This document shows positions 38,331-49,260 of a stretch of DNA of 64,000 bases, one piece after another. The position numbers and the translations under genes were made by a program. Numbering within the stretch: position 1 is the stretch's first letter; each line of letters begins with the position of its first letter. Source of the stretch: Oligoflexia bacterium (GTDB lineage: Bacteria; Bdellovibrionota; UBA1018); assembly GCA_963758495.1 (NCBI GenBank), contig CAVWVI010000004.1, positions 864,001 to 928,000 on the forward strand. The letters run 5' to 3'. The notes below the pieces were generated by a model. That model saw only the letters and a list, made by a program, of their open reading frames with translations. It was not told where the DNA came from and ran no database searches.

Positions 38331-40100
38331 TCAAAGAATCTTTTCGAGGGTAAATAAATTTAGGCCGTGCTCCCGCCATTGATCCTGAACTCGATAATTC
38401 ATTCCGTTAATCATGAGCTTGTTATCTACTGGCACCAATTTCGGAGGATCGGTATCTAAATAACCAATCCGAGCCTCTTTCATCACCATCGGACCATAAA
38501 ATGGAGAATAATTTGAAGAAAGAGGTTCAAAGACTATTTTCTCATTCGTAAAAAAATTAATGGTGTAAGCTAACCAATAATCAGAGTAACCAAACCGAAT
38601 GCCCCGCTCTTGAAGAGCCGCAAGTGCCGCCTCGCCATAAAATGGCATGAGCCCTTTATTTTTAAATGCACCGTAAAAAGTTGAAGAGTTATTCCACAAT
38701 ACTAATAAAAGCACTGCAAATCCTAACCCTTTGTTGATCCCCTTATTTCTCAATAAAGTTACTAAGGTCCAGCTTAAAGCCAATGCATAAAAAAACCAAA
38801 GAACCAAAGTATAGCGAGCAGAAGCAAGATCAGTCACCGCAGAAGCAATTGCAAAAACAGGGAGAACAATCCACGGCAAGAACCCGATAGGACTCAGTTC
38901 GAGAATTTTAGCGTGACTTGACTTCGCAAGAATAAACTCCCAAGACTTCTTCAGAAAAAAAGAACAATACCCAATTAAACAGAGAGACAATACAAGAATG
39001 GAAACCCATTTTAAAAATGGGTTCGAGGGAATATTCAAAAACTCTAAATCCCCCTTTAATACAAACGAAAGACGATGAATGACGTCAGTTAAAGTCCCAT
39101 TTATAGTCATTCTATCAGCTACTCGTCCATGCCTCACAAAGATAAAATAGAGCTTCGGAGAGTATCCAAGGAGAACGCCCCCAGTAAAAAGCAAGGCTTC
39201 CTTCCAAAACCGTCGCAATTGACTTCCATATCTTTGCATGACATCTACACAAGCTAAAATCGAAAAAATGCCTAGACTTACTTGTACCATTGCAGGTGAA
39301 TTAAAACTGATCCGAACACCGAAAAGAGTCACGTCTTGTTTATCAATCATGAAATAAACGAAAGCAAAAATAAAGTGCAGAATGGAAAACCATGCAATCC
39401 ATTGAACCGCCTTCCATCGAAGAAGACCTGACCAGGCATGTTTTCCTTGTTGAAAGATATCACGTAAATAAATCAAAAGACCTTGAAGCCCAATTGCACC
39501 TAAAAAATAGGAAATTTGTCCATAAGTATAAATCGCAAATCCTGCCACAAATCCAAAAGCAGCAAAGTAGACATTTGTCTTAAATTGAGGTGGCTTTCTT
39601 TCTACATAAAAATGCCTGATCAACAAATGGCTGATCCAAAATAAAACAAGACCAAAAAGATAGGTCTCAGTGTAATTGGGCTGCGTTCTCATTGCAGTGG
39701 TATAGAAAGCTGGGGTACTCATCGCCAAAAATAACGTCGCTAACAATGCAATCCAATAGTCAAAAAAGTATCTTAAATAATAATAATAAATGGCAAAGAC
39801 GGACCATAGACAAACCATATTAAAAAAATTCAAAGTAAATGCGTTGATTCCCAGAACCTTAAAAATCCATGCTGTAGCGTAGGCTTCCAATAAAATACCT
39901 TGATATCCTACGCTCCATACAAAAATAGGCCGGTCCCCGCGCTCCAAGATGCTCTTAGCCATTAACCCTATCAATGCGGTATCAGAGGAATAACCCATTC
40001 TCCAATAGGAATAAAAACCAAGCGTGATTCCAAGAATAATGGCAATAACAAATACCGTGAATATTTTATGTAAATGAATGAACGACTTGAGTTTTTCCAT
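38331..40100 (-). CDS. GT-C-fold integral membrane glycosyltransferase (ArnT/GT39-like)
   Basis: SSDTALIGLMA first-loop Asp, more than 10 TM helices, ARY and SDYWLAY motifs. Confidence 0.65.
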   Translation of the reverse strand: MEKLKSFIHLHKIFTVFVIAIILGITLGFYSYWRMGYSSDTALIGLMAKSILERGDRPIFVWSVGYQGILLEAYATAWIFKVLGINAFTLNFFNMVCLWSVFAIYYYYLRYFFDYWIALLATLFLAMSTPAFYTTAMRTQPNYTETYLFGLVLFWISHLLIRHFYVERKPPQFKTNVYFAAFGFVAGFAIYTYGQISYFLGAIGLQGLLIYLRDIFQQGKHAWSGLLRWKAVQWIAWFSILHFIFAFVYFMIDKQDVTLFGVRISFNSPAMVQVSLGIFSILACVDVMQRYGSQLRRFWKEALLFTGGVLLGYSPKLYFIFVRHGRVADRMTINGTLTDVIHRLSFVLKGDLEFLNIPSNPFLKWVSILVLSLCLIGYCSFFLKKSWEFILAKSSHAKILELSPIGFLPWIVLPVFAIASAVTDLASARYTLVLWFFYALALSWTLVTLLRNKGINKGLGFAVLLLVLWNNSSTFYGAFKNKGLMPFYGEAALAALQERGIRFGYSDYWLAYTINFFTNEKIVFEPLSSNYSPFYGPMVMKEARIGYLDTDPPKLVPVDNKLMINGMNYRVQDQWREHGLNLFTLEKIL

Positions 40101-40112
40101 AGAATAGCATGA

Positions 40113-41960
40113 CTAGTATCCGAGATATCTTTTTTTAATCTCTTTACTGACTCGATAGTATTTATATTTATTTAAAATAAGATCACTGCTCCGGTAATTC
40201 ATGAACCAAGGCTGTGACAAATCGTAAGAAGCCTCGTAGTAACCAAGCGCCCACGGACATTCCTCTTGTAGAATTTCTTCCATTTTTTGAATGAGCCGAG
40301 CTTTCTTTGGACCTGGATCTAAAACGGCCATTTGCTCGTAGAGTTTATTAAATTCTGCATGATCAAAATTTGCATCGCCAGGACCCGGTGACTGATTGGA
40401 GCCATAGAGAAGTTGATATATATTTTCTGCATCCGGGTAATCCATCGACCAGCCACCAAAAGAGACTTGAAGATTTCCCTGTTTTTGTTTTTCTAAATAA
40501 GCGGGAAAAGTATTGGGTATCACATCAGTCTTTACGCCGATTTGGGACCACTGCTGAACAATAAAATCTCCCAACTGACGATCTGTAGTAGAAGCCCCTC
40601 TCAGATCAAATTGAATGGGAGGGAGTCCCTGACCGTCTGGATATCCAGCTTTTTTCAAATATTCCTTCGCGAGTGTTAAATTAAAATCATATTTGATTTT
40701 ATTGACTTGAGGACGATCCGCAATTCCAGGAGGAATGGCGTTGACCATTTTTCGCCCCGTGCCATTGGTAAATATTGAAATCCACTTATCCCGATCAATC
40801 GAAGAAGAAAGTGCTTGTCTTAGATATTTATTAGACCCAATCAGCTTGTCCTTCATATTGAAGGAAATGTACCGAATTACCGCACCCGTTTCTATATTAA
40901 GATGAACACCCTTTTTGACTAACTCTGGAGAAAGATTAACTTGATCGGTAATCGCTTGTTTAAAGTTATCTTTTGGAAGAACAATGACGTCTGTATTACC
41001 CTTCATGAAGTTGAGCCAACGGGGCTGGTCTTCCTTGATCACTTCAATGACAACTTTATCTACAAAAGGAAGCGGCTTACCTGCATCCGCTAATAGAGTA
41101 TTTTCTTGATAAGCAGGAGAGGCCACAGCAGGATAAAGCTCCGTTCTGAAATCCGGATTTCTTTCTAGAGTAATCTCATGATTCCGTTTCCATTTTACTA
41201 AACGAAAAGGACCTGTGCCCACCGGATGACTCAGTAAATTACCTTGGTCGTCTGCATACATTGCTACCGCTTCTCTTGGAACAGGAGAGGTGAAGTTCAT
41301 GGTGAGAATATACACAAGATCTGGATAAGGTTTTGTCAATTTAAGTTGAATCGTATAATCATCCAGTGCTTTTAAGCCTTCAACTTCTTCGTCGAATACT
41401 TTATTAAATTCTTCACTCAATCCTTTAGATGACTCTTTATTAGAGGATACTTTGATTAATTTGTCACGAAAGGCATTGATTCCAACTAATTTTCCATCAA
41501 AGATCCACCAACCCTGCGACTGAAGGGTCGGCAAAGCTAAACGCTTCATTCCATAAATAAAATCCTGAGCCTTCAGCTCACGACCTTTACCCTGTGACGC
41601 TTTAAAGCAAGGATCATTTTGAAACCTCACTCCATGTTTAATAGGAATAGTAACAGTCAGTCTATCTGCAGAATATTTGGGCATAGCAGCCGCAAGCAGA
41701 GGTTCTGATTTATAGGTTTCGGAAAGGTAGGTGTACTGGTAAAGCGTCTCGTAAATACTCGGAACCAAATTCAAACTGACACTGTCGTAAGCATTAGCGG
41801 GGTCCCAAGTCTTGACGTCATCTTTTTCAAATCCCCGAAATACGGCAAACTTGCTATCGTCCTGTCTCTTGGTGCAGCCCAAACCGGATGTCAAAACAAG
41901 AACCAGAACTAAAACGGAAAAGAATACACTGGCTTTTAAATTCCGGGCAAGATCGATCAT
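40113..41960 (-). CDS. ABC transporter substrate-binding lipoprotein (family 5, Opp/Dpp-like)
   Basis: LGC lipobox, IYETL, PVGTGPF, LERNPDF, WSMDYPD. Confidence 0.9.
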   Translation of the reverse strand: MIDLARNLKASVFFSVLVLVLVLTSGLGCTKRQDDSKFAVFRGFEKDDVKTWDPANAYDSVSLNLVPSIYETLYQYTYLSETYKSEPLLAAAMPKYSADRLTVTIPIKHGVRFQNDPCFKASQGKGRELKAQDFIYGMKRLALPTLQSQGWWIFDGKLVGINAFRDKLIKVSSNKESSKGLSEEFNKVFDEEVEGLKALDDYTIQLKLTKPYPDLVYILTMNFTSPVPREAVAMYADDQGNLLSHPVGTGPFRLVKWKRNHEITLERNPDFRTELYPAVASPAYQENTLLADAGKPLPFVDKVVIEVIKEDQPRWLNFMKGNTDVIVLPKDNFKQAITDQVNLSPELVKKGVHLNIETGAVIRYISFNMKDKLIGSNKYLRQALSSSIDRDKWISIFTNGTGRKMVNAIPPGIADRPQVNKIKYDFNLTLAKEYLKKAGYPDGQGLPPIQFDLRGASTTDRQLGDFIVQQWSQIGVKTDVIPNTFPAYLEKQKQGNLQVSFGGWSMDYPDAENIYQLLYGSNQSPGPGDANFDHAEFNKLYEQMAVLDPGPKKARLIQKMEEILQEECPWALGYYEASYDLSQPWFMNYRSSDLILNKYKYYRVSKEIKKRYLGY

Positions 41961-41983
41961 TGACTGAGCCCTCCCATAAAGTC

Positions 41984-44734
41984 CTAAACTCTTAATTTTT
42001 TATCAATCCATTCTTTAGCATGTTCTAAAGCGGCATCTAACCCTGCAGGCTTACTTCCTCCCGCTTGAGCAAGATCGGACTTGCCCCCTCCACGTCCGTC
42101 GATAAAAGAAGCAATATTTTGAATCACTTCTTGTGCATTCACGATTGAAGTCGCTTTCGGTCCCACTGCAACTAAGAGACTTGCTCTGGCGCCTTCAGGA
42201 TCTTTCATTCCAAGAATGATAATAGCTTCAGGTGCCTTTTGCTTGATCATATCAGAAAGGTCTCTTAATCGCTTAATTCCCTGGGCATCTGGAGTACAAG
42301 GTGCAATTACGATTCTCATTCCAGCTAAAGTCTGAGCTTTCGCAAGTAACTCATCGACCTCTCCCCCGGCGCTCTTCGACTCTAATTGCTCAATTTTCTT
42401 CCGCAACTCCTTCTCCGTCGAAGTCATTTTTTCTATTTTTCCAAGAATCTCATCGCTTGAAGAGGCTCTTAAACGATCTCTGATTTGCTTCACTTCAGAA
42501 TCTTTTGCACGAAGATAATCAAATGCCCCCTTTGAAGTATAAGCAATCACTCTCCGAATCCCTGATGCAATCCCACTCTCATTAGCAATTTTAAAAAGAT
42601 GAATTTCGGATGAATTGTCAACGTGAGTTCCTCCACACAGTTCCGTTGAAAAATTACCCACCTGAATAACCCGAACTCGATCTCCGTATTTTTCTCCAAA
42701 AAATGCGATAGCTCCCGCAGCAATCGCGTCATCTTTTTTCATCTCTTGCTTTAAGACCGGCTTGGCCTGCCAAATTTTTTCATTAATGAGATTTTCAACT
42801 TTAACAATCTCTATTTCCGTCATGGCTTGAAAATGAGTGAAATCAAATCGAAGTAAATCAGGCGCTACCAAAGAGCCTGCTTGTTTCACATGGGGTCCCA
42901 AAACTTCTCGTAATGCCCATTGAAGCATATGTGTAGCTGTATGGTTCCGCGCCGTGAGCGCTCTCATTTCTTCATCAGTTTCTTGTCGATAGGAACTGCC
43001 TACTTGAAGCACTCCCTTTTTAGGTCGGATATGTGCAACGATCAGATCAGGCACAGGTTTTTGAACGTCAATGACCTCACCTTCAAAGCCCTGCCCTCCT
43101 ATGACACGACCTCGATCTCCTACTTGACCTCCACTTTCGCCATAAAAAGGAGTCTCTGCAAAAACCGCTTCAATGATCGGTGCTTTTTCAGGACTATCTA
43201 CAGTCTGTGCAAGAGAAGAAGCTCCATACGAATCCACCATTTTAAAGCCTTTTTCTAGCGGAGCAAGAATAGCTAAACATTCTGATTGGCTCTCATGAGT
43301 CTGATAACCTACAAAAACAGGAAGCCGGTTTTTTGATTTGAGATCTTGAGCCAGCTTCATATAAATTGCATCGACTGCCTCTTCACCAGACCCCTTCCAA
43401 TGCTTTCTGGATTCTGTGCGTTGCCGATCCATAGACTTTTCAAAACCGATCTCATCCACGCTGAGCTTTTTCTCGGCACAAATTACCTTTGTAAGATCGA
43501 GCGGAAATCCATAAGTATCATAGAGCTTAAAAGCAACTTCTCCAGGCAGTACTTTCACTGGTCCGAGCTGATTCATTTCTTCATCGAGTAAAATAAGCCC
43601 TCTTTCTAAAGTCTTTAGAAATTGCTCTTCTTCAGCGAGGACTGCACGTTCTATAAACGAACATCGCTCCACCAAATCAGGATAAGCATCCTTCATTTGA
43701 TCCACTACAAAGCCAGTTGTTTTGTGTAAAAATGGCCCTGTAAAACCTAATTTCTTACCATGGCGAATCGCCCGACGTATAATTCGACGAAGGACATATC
43801 CTCGTCCTTCATTAGAAGGAAGAACCCCATCTCCCACTAAGAACGCCGTAGCTCTGGAGTGATCAGCAATCACTCGAAAGGAAACGGCCATGTCTGAATT
43901 TTTATCGTAGGGCTTGCCTAGAAGCTTTGCTGTCCTAGAAATAATGTCTTGAAAAACATCGGTATCGTAATTGGTATCTACCTTTTGTAAAATGGAAGCA
44001 ATTCTCTCAAGTCCTGCACCTGTATCCACCGAGGGCTTAGGAAGCGGTGTCAACTTTCCATCTGCAGCACGATCAAACTGCATAAAAACAAGGTTCCAGA
44101 ATTCCATGTACCTGTCGCAATCACAACCCATCCCACAAGTAGGCTTGCCGCAACTATACTTTTCCCCTCGATCAATAAAAATTTCACTACAAGGACCACA
44201 AGGTCCCGTATCTCCCATCGACCAAAAATTATCCTTTTCTCCAAAGCGATAAATTCGGTCTAAAGCAACCCCTTCCTGTTTATGCCAAATTTCAGCTGCT
44301 TCATCATCTTTTTCAAAGACAGTGACATAAAGAAGATCCTTGGGAAGTTTGAGGACATCCGTCACAAACTCCCAAGCAAAATGGATGGCTTCTTTTTTAA
44401 AATAATCTCCAAAAGAGAAATTCCCGAGCATCTCAAAGAAGGTATGATGCCTCGCTGTAAAACCCACATTTTCTAAGTCATTATGCTTCCCACCAGCCCG
44501 GACACATTTTTGAGAAGTCGTGGCGCGACTGTAGTTACGTTGATCTTTTCCGAGAAATACATCCTTAAATTGAACCATTCCCGCATTCGTAAACAGAAGC
44601 GTAGGATCATTCTGAGGAACTAGAGAGGAACTATCAACTATAGAGTGGCCATTTTTTTCAAAATACTTAAGAAAAGTCGATCTAATTTCTGCGGCTTTCA
44701 TGTGCTTATTCATAACTCGACCAGCAACGGTCAC
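41984..44734 (-). CDS. alaS: Alanine-tRNA ligase
   Basis: DPTLLFTNAGMVQFK, RHHTFFEMLGNFSFGDYFK, NHTATH, ELCGGTH, GGGK; start may be 44713 or 44701. Confidence 0.98.
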   Translation of the reverse strand: MTVAGRVMNKHMKAAEIRSTFLKYFEKNGHSIVDSSSLVPQNDPTLLFTNAGMVQFKDVFLGKDQRNYSRATTSQKCVRAGGKHNDLENVGFTARHHTFFEMLGNFSFGDYFKKEAIHFAWEFVTDVLKLPKDLLYVTVFEKDDEAAEIWHKQEGVALDRIYRFGEKDNFWSMGDTGPCGPCSEIFIDRGEKYSCGKPTCGMGCDCDRYMEFWNLVFMQFDRAADGKLTPLPKPSVDTGAGLERIASILQKVDTNYDTDVFQDIISRTAKLLGKPYDKNSDMAVSFRVIADHSRATAFLVGDGVLPSNEGRGYVLRRIIRRAIRHGKKLGFTGPFLHKTTGFVVDQMKDAYPDLVERCSFIERAVLAEEEQFLKTLERGLILLDEEMNQLGPVKVLPGEVAFKLYDTYGFPLDLTKVICAEKKLSVDEIGFEKSMDRQRTESRKHWKGSGEEAVDAIYMKLAQDLKSKNRLPVFVGYQTHESQSECLAILAPLEKGFKMVDSYGASSLAQTVDSPEKAPIIEAVFAETPFYGESGGQVGDRGRVIGGQGFEGEVIDVQKPVPDLIVAHIRPKKGVLQVGSSYRQETDEEMRALTARNHTATHMLQWALREVLGPHVKQAGSLVAPDLLRFDFTHFQAMTEIEIVKVENLINEKIWQAKPVLKQEMKKDDAIAAGAIAFFGEKYGDRVRVIQVGNFSTELCGGTHVDNSSEIHLFKIANESGIASGIRRVIAYTSKGAFDYLRAKDSEVKQIRDRLRASSSDEILGKIEKMTSTEKELRKKIEQLESKSAGGEVDELLAKAQTLAGMRIVIAPCTPDAQGIKRLRDLSDMIKQKAPEAIIILGMKDPEGARASLLVAVGPKATSIVNAQEVIQNIASFIDGRGGGKSDLAQAGGSKPAGLDAALEHAKEWIDKKLRV

Positions 44735-44771
44735 GCAATATCCGTTTTAAAATAATAAATTGAGTTTAAAT

Positions 44772-44838
44772 GTAAGCACTGTAAGGAGTCCTGTTGCGCC
44801 GGGGATCCAATTCTTTACGGCACAATAGGACTCCTTGC
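44772..44838. repeat. Dispersed long-hairpin repeat, right-truncated copy
   Basis: GTAAGCACTGTAAGGAGTCCTGTTGCGCCGGGGATCCAATTCTTTACGGCACAATAGGACTCCTTGC aligns without gaps to the copy starting at 28285. Confidence 0.82.
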
Positions 44839-44857
44839 TAACCTAGAAAATAACTCA

Positions 44858-46066
44858 TTACGATTTCTTACTGGAGGCTGAAACTGCCGAACTACTCGAA
44901 CTTTTCGCAGGAGCAGATTGAGAAGCAGCATGAGCCACAGAAGCTGACGCACTCTTCGTACTAGAAGAAGCACTTGCTAATGGCGTCATCGTTGTGGAGC
45001 CTTCCTTATTAGAGGAATGATCTGGGTTTTTTGCAATTCCAGACTGCTTAAGCACTGCTTCACGAATCGTTTGGATATGCTCAGGATGCTCTTTTAAATA
45101 ATTCTTTGCATTCTCACGACCCTGACCAATTCTTTCATCCTTATAAGTGTACCAAGTTCCACTCTTTTCAATAATATTCATGCCCGCAGCTAAATCGAGT
45201 AAATCACCTTCCTTCGAAATACCTTCACCATAAATAATATCGAACTCAACCTCTTTAAAGGGAGGAGCCATCTTATTTTTGACAATTTTTACCCGAGTCC
45301 GATTTCCGATAATGTTCTCACCGTCTTTAATGGCAGCAATACGACGAATATCAAGACGTACTGAAGAGTAAAATTTCAGCGCGTTTCCACCCGTAGTTGT
45401 TTCTGGATTTCCAAACATCACTCCAATTTTCATTCGAATCTGATTAATGAAAATAACGAGAGTTTTGCTTCGATTGATTGTTCCAGTCAGCTTTCTCAGC
45501 GCTTGGCTCATCAAACGAGCTTGAAGTCCCATATGGGAATCTCCCATTTCGCCTTCGATTTCAGCTCGTGGTACTAATGCAGCTACTGAGTCAATGACTA
45601 AAAGATCGATGCCTCCAGACCTTACGAGCATATCAGCGATTTCTAGTGCTTGCTCACCCGTATCTGGCTGAGAAATGAGTAAATCATCCGTACGCACTCC
45701 CACTTTTCTCGCATAAGCGATATCTAAAGCATGTTCTGCGTCAATAAATGCAGCGACTCCACCTTGCTTTTGCACCTCCGCAATTGCATGTAAAGTCAGG
45801 GTTGTCTTACCAGACGCTTCTGGTCCGTAAATTTCCATAATCCGACCGCGAGGATATCCCCCAATACCGAGTGCGATATCTAAACTCATAGAGCCAGTCG
45901 GGACTGCCAGAACGTCTTGGGATACTAAAGTCTCATGAGTACCCAATCGCATAATTGAGCCTTTGCCGAATTGCTTCTCAATTGCTTGAACTGCCAAATC
46001 AATGGCCTTATTTTTTTGCCCATGAGCCGCAGACTCAAGTCCATTTCGCTTTTCTGTGGTTTCCAT
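44858..46066 (-). CDS. recA: Recombinase A
   Basis: [50 protein letters not shown]. Confidence 0.99.
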   Translation of the reverse strand: METTEKRNGLESAAHGQKNKAIDLAVQAIEKQFGKGSIMRLGTHETLVSQDVLAVPTGSMSLDIALGIGGYPRGRIMEIYGPEASGKTTLTLHAIAEVQKQGGVAAFIDAEHALDIAYARKVGVRTDDLLISQPDTGEQALEIADMLVRSGGIDLLVIDSVAALVPRAEIEGEMGDSHMGLQARLMSQALRKLTGTINRSKTLVIFINQIRMKIGVMFGNPETTTGGNALKFYSSVRLDIRRIAAIKDGENIIGNRTRVKIVKNKMAPPFKEVEFDIIYGEGISKEGDLLDLAAGMNIIEKSGTWYTYKDERIGQGRENAKNYLKEHPEHIQTIREAVLKQSGIAKNPDHSSNKEGSTTMTPLASASSSTKSASASVAHAASQSAPAKSSSSSAVSASSKKS

Positions 46067-46205
46067 TTACTTCTCCTTACATAAGCACTCAGGCTACAGG
46101 GCCTTAGGCTAAAACTAAAACGGTTGGTTTTGCTATTTTGCTATGAGTGAGCAATGACCGTACCATAAACGTGATTTACAAACTAGGTCACAAAACATTC
46201 AAAAT

Positions 46206-46745
46206 CTACAAAACATTCATCCACTGAAGAATAAGAATCACGGCCAAGCCTTGAAAGCCCGCAACAATATCATCGGCAATCACACCAAAGCCCCCCCACC
46301 AAGGAGACGACTGTTTTTTAGACCAACCATCTATTTGTCGGACCGGAGGAGGTTTCAAGACATCGAAAAACCGAAATAATAGAAAAGCAGCAATCCAAGT
46401 CTTGAGATCATTCCCTGCAGTCCAGGACGTAATCCCTAGGCCGACCACCTCATCAATCACAATATTTTGATTGTCACCCGTCTCCATGGTTTCATCAAAG
46501 ACTTTGGCAGCCCAAGTTCCTATGAGAGTCAACCCCAACCAGAGAGCAACACGAGAAAACCACGACCAGTCGCGCGAATAGTAAGCTAAAGGCATTGCAA
46601 CAAGAGTACCCATAGTGCCTGGCGCTACAGGGAAAAGCCCAGCGCCCATAGCCGTTGCAATAGAAAGTGCCGAAAGGACTTTTATGCCCCGCACCTTCCT
46701 CCAGATTATTTTACGACGAGGAGAGGAATAGAAGTTAATATTCAA
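46206..46745 (-). CDS. pgpA: Phosphatidylglycerophosphatase A
   Basis: PVAPGTMGT, IVIDEVVG, FRFFDVLKP, GVIADDIVAG. Confidence 0.94.
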   Translation of the reverse strand: MNINFYSSPRRKIIWRKVRGIKVLSALSIATAMGAGLFPVAPGTMGTLVAMPLAYYSRDWSWFSRVALWLGLTLIGTWAAKVFDETMETGDNQNIVIDEVVGLGITSWTAGNDLKTWIAAFLLFRFFDVLKPPPVRQIDGWSKKQSSPWWGGFGVIADDIVAGFQGLAVILILQWMNVL

Positions 46746-46844
46746 GCTTCACGTGAATAACATGATTTTGGAATGATTGGAATGAGATGTATTAAATTTC
46801 TGCATTGATGCTGAGAGGCTGCTTCGGATAAGCTCAGGTACACC

Positions 46845-48089
46845 ATGATACAGAATCTCGGACCTAGCATCCGAACTAAATATGAATTCAGTGCTGATGT
46901 CCTCGACATTATCATTAGTGGAAAATCAACGATTGACTCCCCCACTGCCTTTCAGATTCAAAACCTGGCTGAGGTTGATAACTTTATTCAAAGTTATGGT
47001 TATGACCTGAATAACCCAATTGAAAATGCTGAAGTCGTTGGCAATTTTCATGAGGCACTGAATTTCATTCGAAAAAATTTCTTACAGCCTGATAACCCAG
47101 ATGGATTAAAAATAGAAATCCCCAGAAAAATCTTGGAATTGACTGATACTCGAGAGCTTTTTCTTATGGTCAGCTTAAAATCTCCGGGTCAGACTTCCAA
47201 CAATCAAGGATTATTCTTAAGGAACTGGGCGTGCAGTATCCTCAAAGTCATGCACACCATTTCACATATTGATAAAGACTTACGCTCTATCTATTTTACG
47301 GATATCCAAAAGCAAATTTTTGATCGGTTTTACAAGTTGGTCCATCGTGACCCCGAAGGTCCCCTCTTTTTAGGAGAAAATTCAAACGATCCATTTCGAA
47401 TCAATTTAGTAGCGTTTGAAACCAAACCTAAAAAATCCAGAAATTCTATCATTCTTAAGCTTTTACATAAGCCAGAAAATGTTGCGGAAGATATTTTTGA
47501 TCGAGTAGGAATTCGCTTCACTACCCTAACCCCTCTCGATGCCCTTCGCGTTGTCAAATTTCTCAAAGATAAAATGGTGGTTATGTCCGCGAATATCAAA
47601 CCCAGTCGATCAAGGAATACTCTAGTAGAGATTTCTGACTTCCGGGCGCAACTCGAATCTTTACTCAACCAAGCAGATCAGCACAAAATGAACGAAAGTG
47701 AGTTCCTAGCTAAACTAGAAACGGCGGCTCGCGCTCCTTTCGTCAATCCTGAGAATCCTCATTCTAGTGAATTTTATCGCGCTATTCAGTTTACAGGGCG
47801 ACAATTGATAAAACTCCGCAATCCAATTTTTGATGAGTTAAAAGAGCTCAAAAATTTAGTTAAGACAAAACCTACTCATGAAGAGATACTTAAAACGGTG
47901 GACCGAATCGATTTAAAATATATCCAACGTGAGATCCGATTCTTTTACCCTTTTGAGGTTCAAGTTGTAGACAAGCAAAGCTCTGAAGAAAATGAAAGAG
48001 GACGAAGCGCACACAGTAAATATAAAAAAGCACAGGTACTCACTGCCATGAATCGTGTGATGGGGAGTCTCGCGGATGCAGTTCGATAG
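46845..48089 (+). CDS. TIGR04552-like protein with RelA/SpoT-like nucleotidyltransferase motifs
   Basis: KPKKSRNSIILKLLHKPENVAEDIFDRVGIRF, YRAIQFT, PFEVQV, SAH..YK; about 400 aa. Confidence 0.75.
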   Translation: MIQNLGPSIRTKYEFSADVLDIIISGKSTIDSPTAFQIQNLAEVDNFIQSYGYDLNNPIENAEVVGNFHEALNFIRKNFLQPDNPDGLKIEIPRKILELTDTRELFLMVSLKSPGQTSNNQGLFLRNWACSILKVMHTISHIDKDLRSIYFTDIQKQIFDRFYKLVHRDPEGPLFLGENSNDPFRINLVAFETKPKKSRNSIILKLLHKPENVAEDIFDRVGIRFTTLTPLDALRVVKFLKDKMVVMSANIKPSRSRNTLVEISDFRAQLESLLNQADQHKMNESEFLAKLETAARAPFVNPENPHSSEFYRAIQFTGRQLIKLRNPIFDELKELKNLVKTKPTHEEILKTVDRIDLKYIQREIRFFYPFEVQVVDKQSSEENERGRSAHSKYKKAQVLTAMNRVMGSLADAVR

Positions 48090-49260
48090 CGACGTTGCAA
48101 TTCTAGGTACGGGTGTTGCCCCACTCGTTGCCGCGAACCACCTTCTACTTCAAGGTAAATCCGTTCTATTACTCAATCCTGATGGGGACTTCTTTTTAGA
48201 AGACTCTGAACTCTCTCTGGATCCTCTGTTGCAAGCAGTTCCTAAACCTGAGTCTATCTACCAAAACACACCTAAACAGGTGCTCACGACACTCCGGCCC
48301 GACTTCCCTGGAGCAATTGAATTCTGGGCGCCTCATTCAGAACTTGAAGGATATCATGACCCTACGGCTCCCCACGTTCGCCAGCGAGGGAGACTTTGGA
48401 TATCCTCTCTCGAAAAAGATCAATTTTGGAATTGGGAAAAGCTAGAAGATCTCTACGTCGGTGCATCTGATGCGGGGCTCAATCCTCAAATTCTGGAAGG
48501 GATAGCCGCCACTCGAAGATTTCCAGGACTGTCCTCGCATACTGGAAATTACAGAGGCCTTTATATTCCAAAACTTTATGATGTAGACATCGTTCGCTAT
48601 AGGAACGGTCTTCTTGAATTTGTCCGTGAACGCATTGATCCTGAAAGGGTCATCTGTGCGGTCAATCAAGTGGAGCGGATGCCTGAGGGAATTCGATTTT
48701 ACTCGAAAGGGACGCTTAATACAGCAAAACTCAAGGAAGGAATGCTTGTTTACTGGACCCCTCGTATGACTCCATGGGTGATCAACCAAGCGAAAAGAGC
48801 AGAAGTCCCCCCTCAGCTCCCTCAAGGGATACGACTCTGGGAGCAATGGTATCTTAATTCTCGAGAATCTTTAGATCCAAATACAGTGGGAATGTTTGGC
48901 GATATGGCAGTCTGGGCTGATTACGAAGGCCCCCCTCTCTCTCATACAAACCGCTTAACCGTTCTTCGCGCTGGCCCCCTGATGCCCATCCATGAAATCA
49001 ACCCGCCACAAGGGGATTTGAGCTGGGCATCTGCAGACTCATTCAATGCCCTTTCAATCCTTTGTCATGATTTCTTAAAATGGGATAAATTTTCAGTAAG
49101 ATCCTTACGTGCACGAGCTATGTTTGAATGGAAAAGTGAAGAGTCTTGGTTGCTTTCAAAAACAAATCCACTCATTCGAGTGATTCCCGCCTGTGATGGA
49201 CCTTTAGTTCATGTTGTTCGTGTAGCTCGATCCAGCTGTGATCGGTTAGGGGAGAATTAA
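48076..49260 (+). CDS. Divergent FAD-dependent oxidoreductase (DAO/sarcosine oxidase beta-like)
   Basis: N-terminal DVAILGTGVAPLVAANHL..G.SVLLL Rossmann-like motif; 394 aa; L.G..A.RRFPGL. Confidence 0.55.
   Translation: MQFDSDVAILGTGVAPLVAANHLLLQGKSVLLLNPDGDFFLEDSELSLDPLLQAVPKPESIYQNTPKQVLTTLRPDFPGAIEFWAPHSELEGYHDPTAPHVRQRGRLWISSLEKDQFWNWEKLEDLYVGASDAGLNPQILEGIAATRRFPGLSSHTGNYRGLYIPKLYDVDIVRYRNGLLEFVRERIDPERVICAVNQVERMPEGIRFYSKGTLNTAKLKEGMLVYWTPRMTPWVINQAKRAEVPPQLPQGIRLWEQWYLNSRESLDPNTVGMFGDMAVWADYEGPPLSHTNRLTVLRAGPLMPIHEINPPQGDLSWASADSFNALSILCHDFLKWDKFSVRSLRARAMFEWKSEESWLLSKTNPLIRVIPACDGPLVHVVRVARSSCDRLGEN

Noticed and set aside
46067..46205. LexA box upstream of recA
   Set aside because: No convincing match to any LexA motif I know
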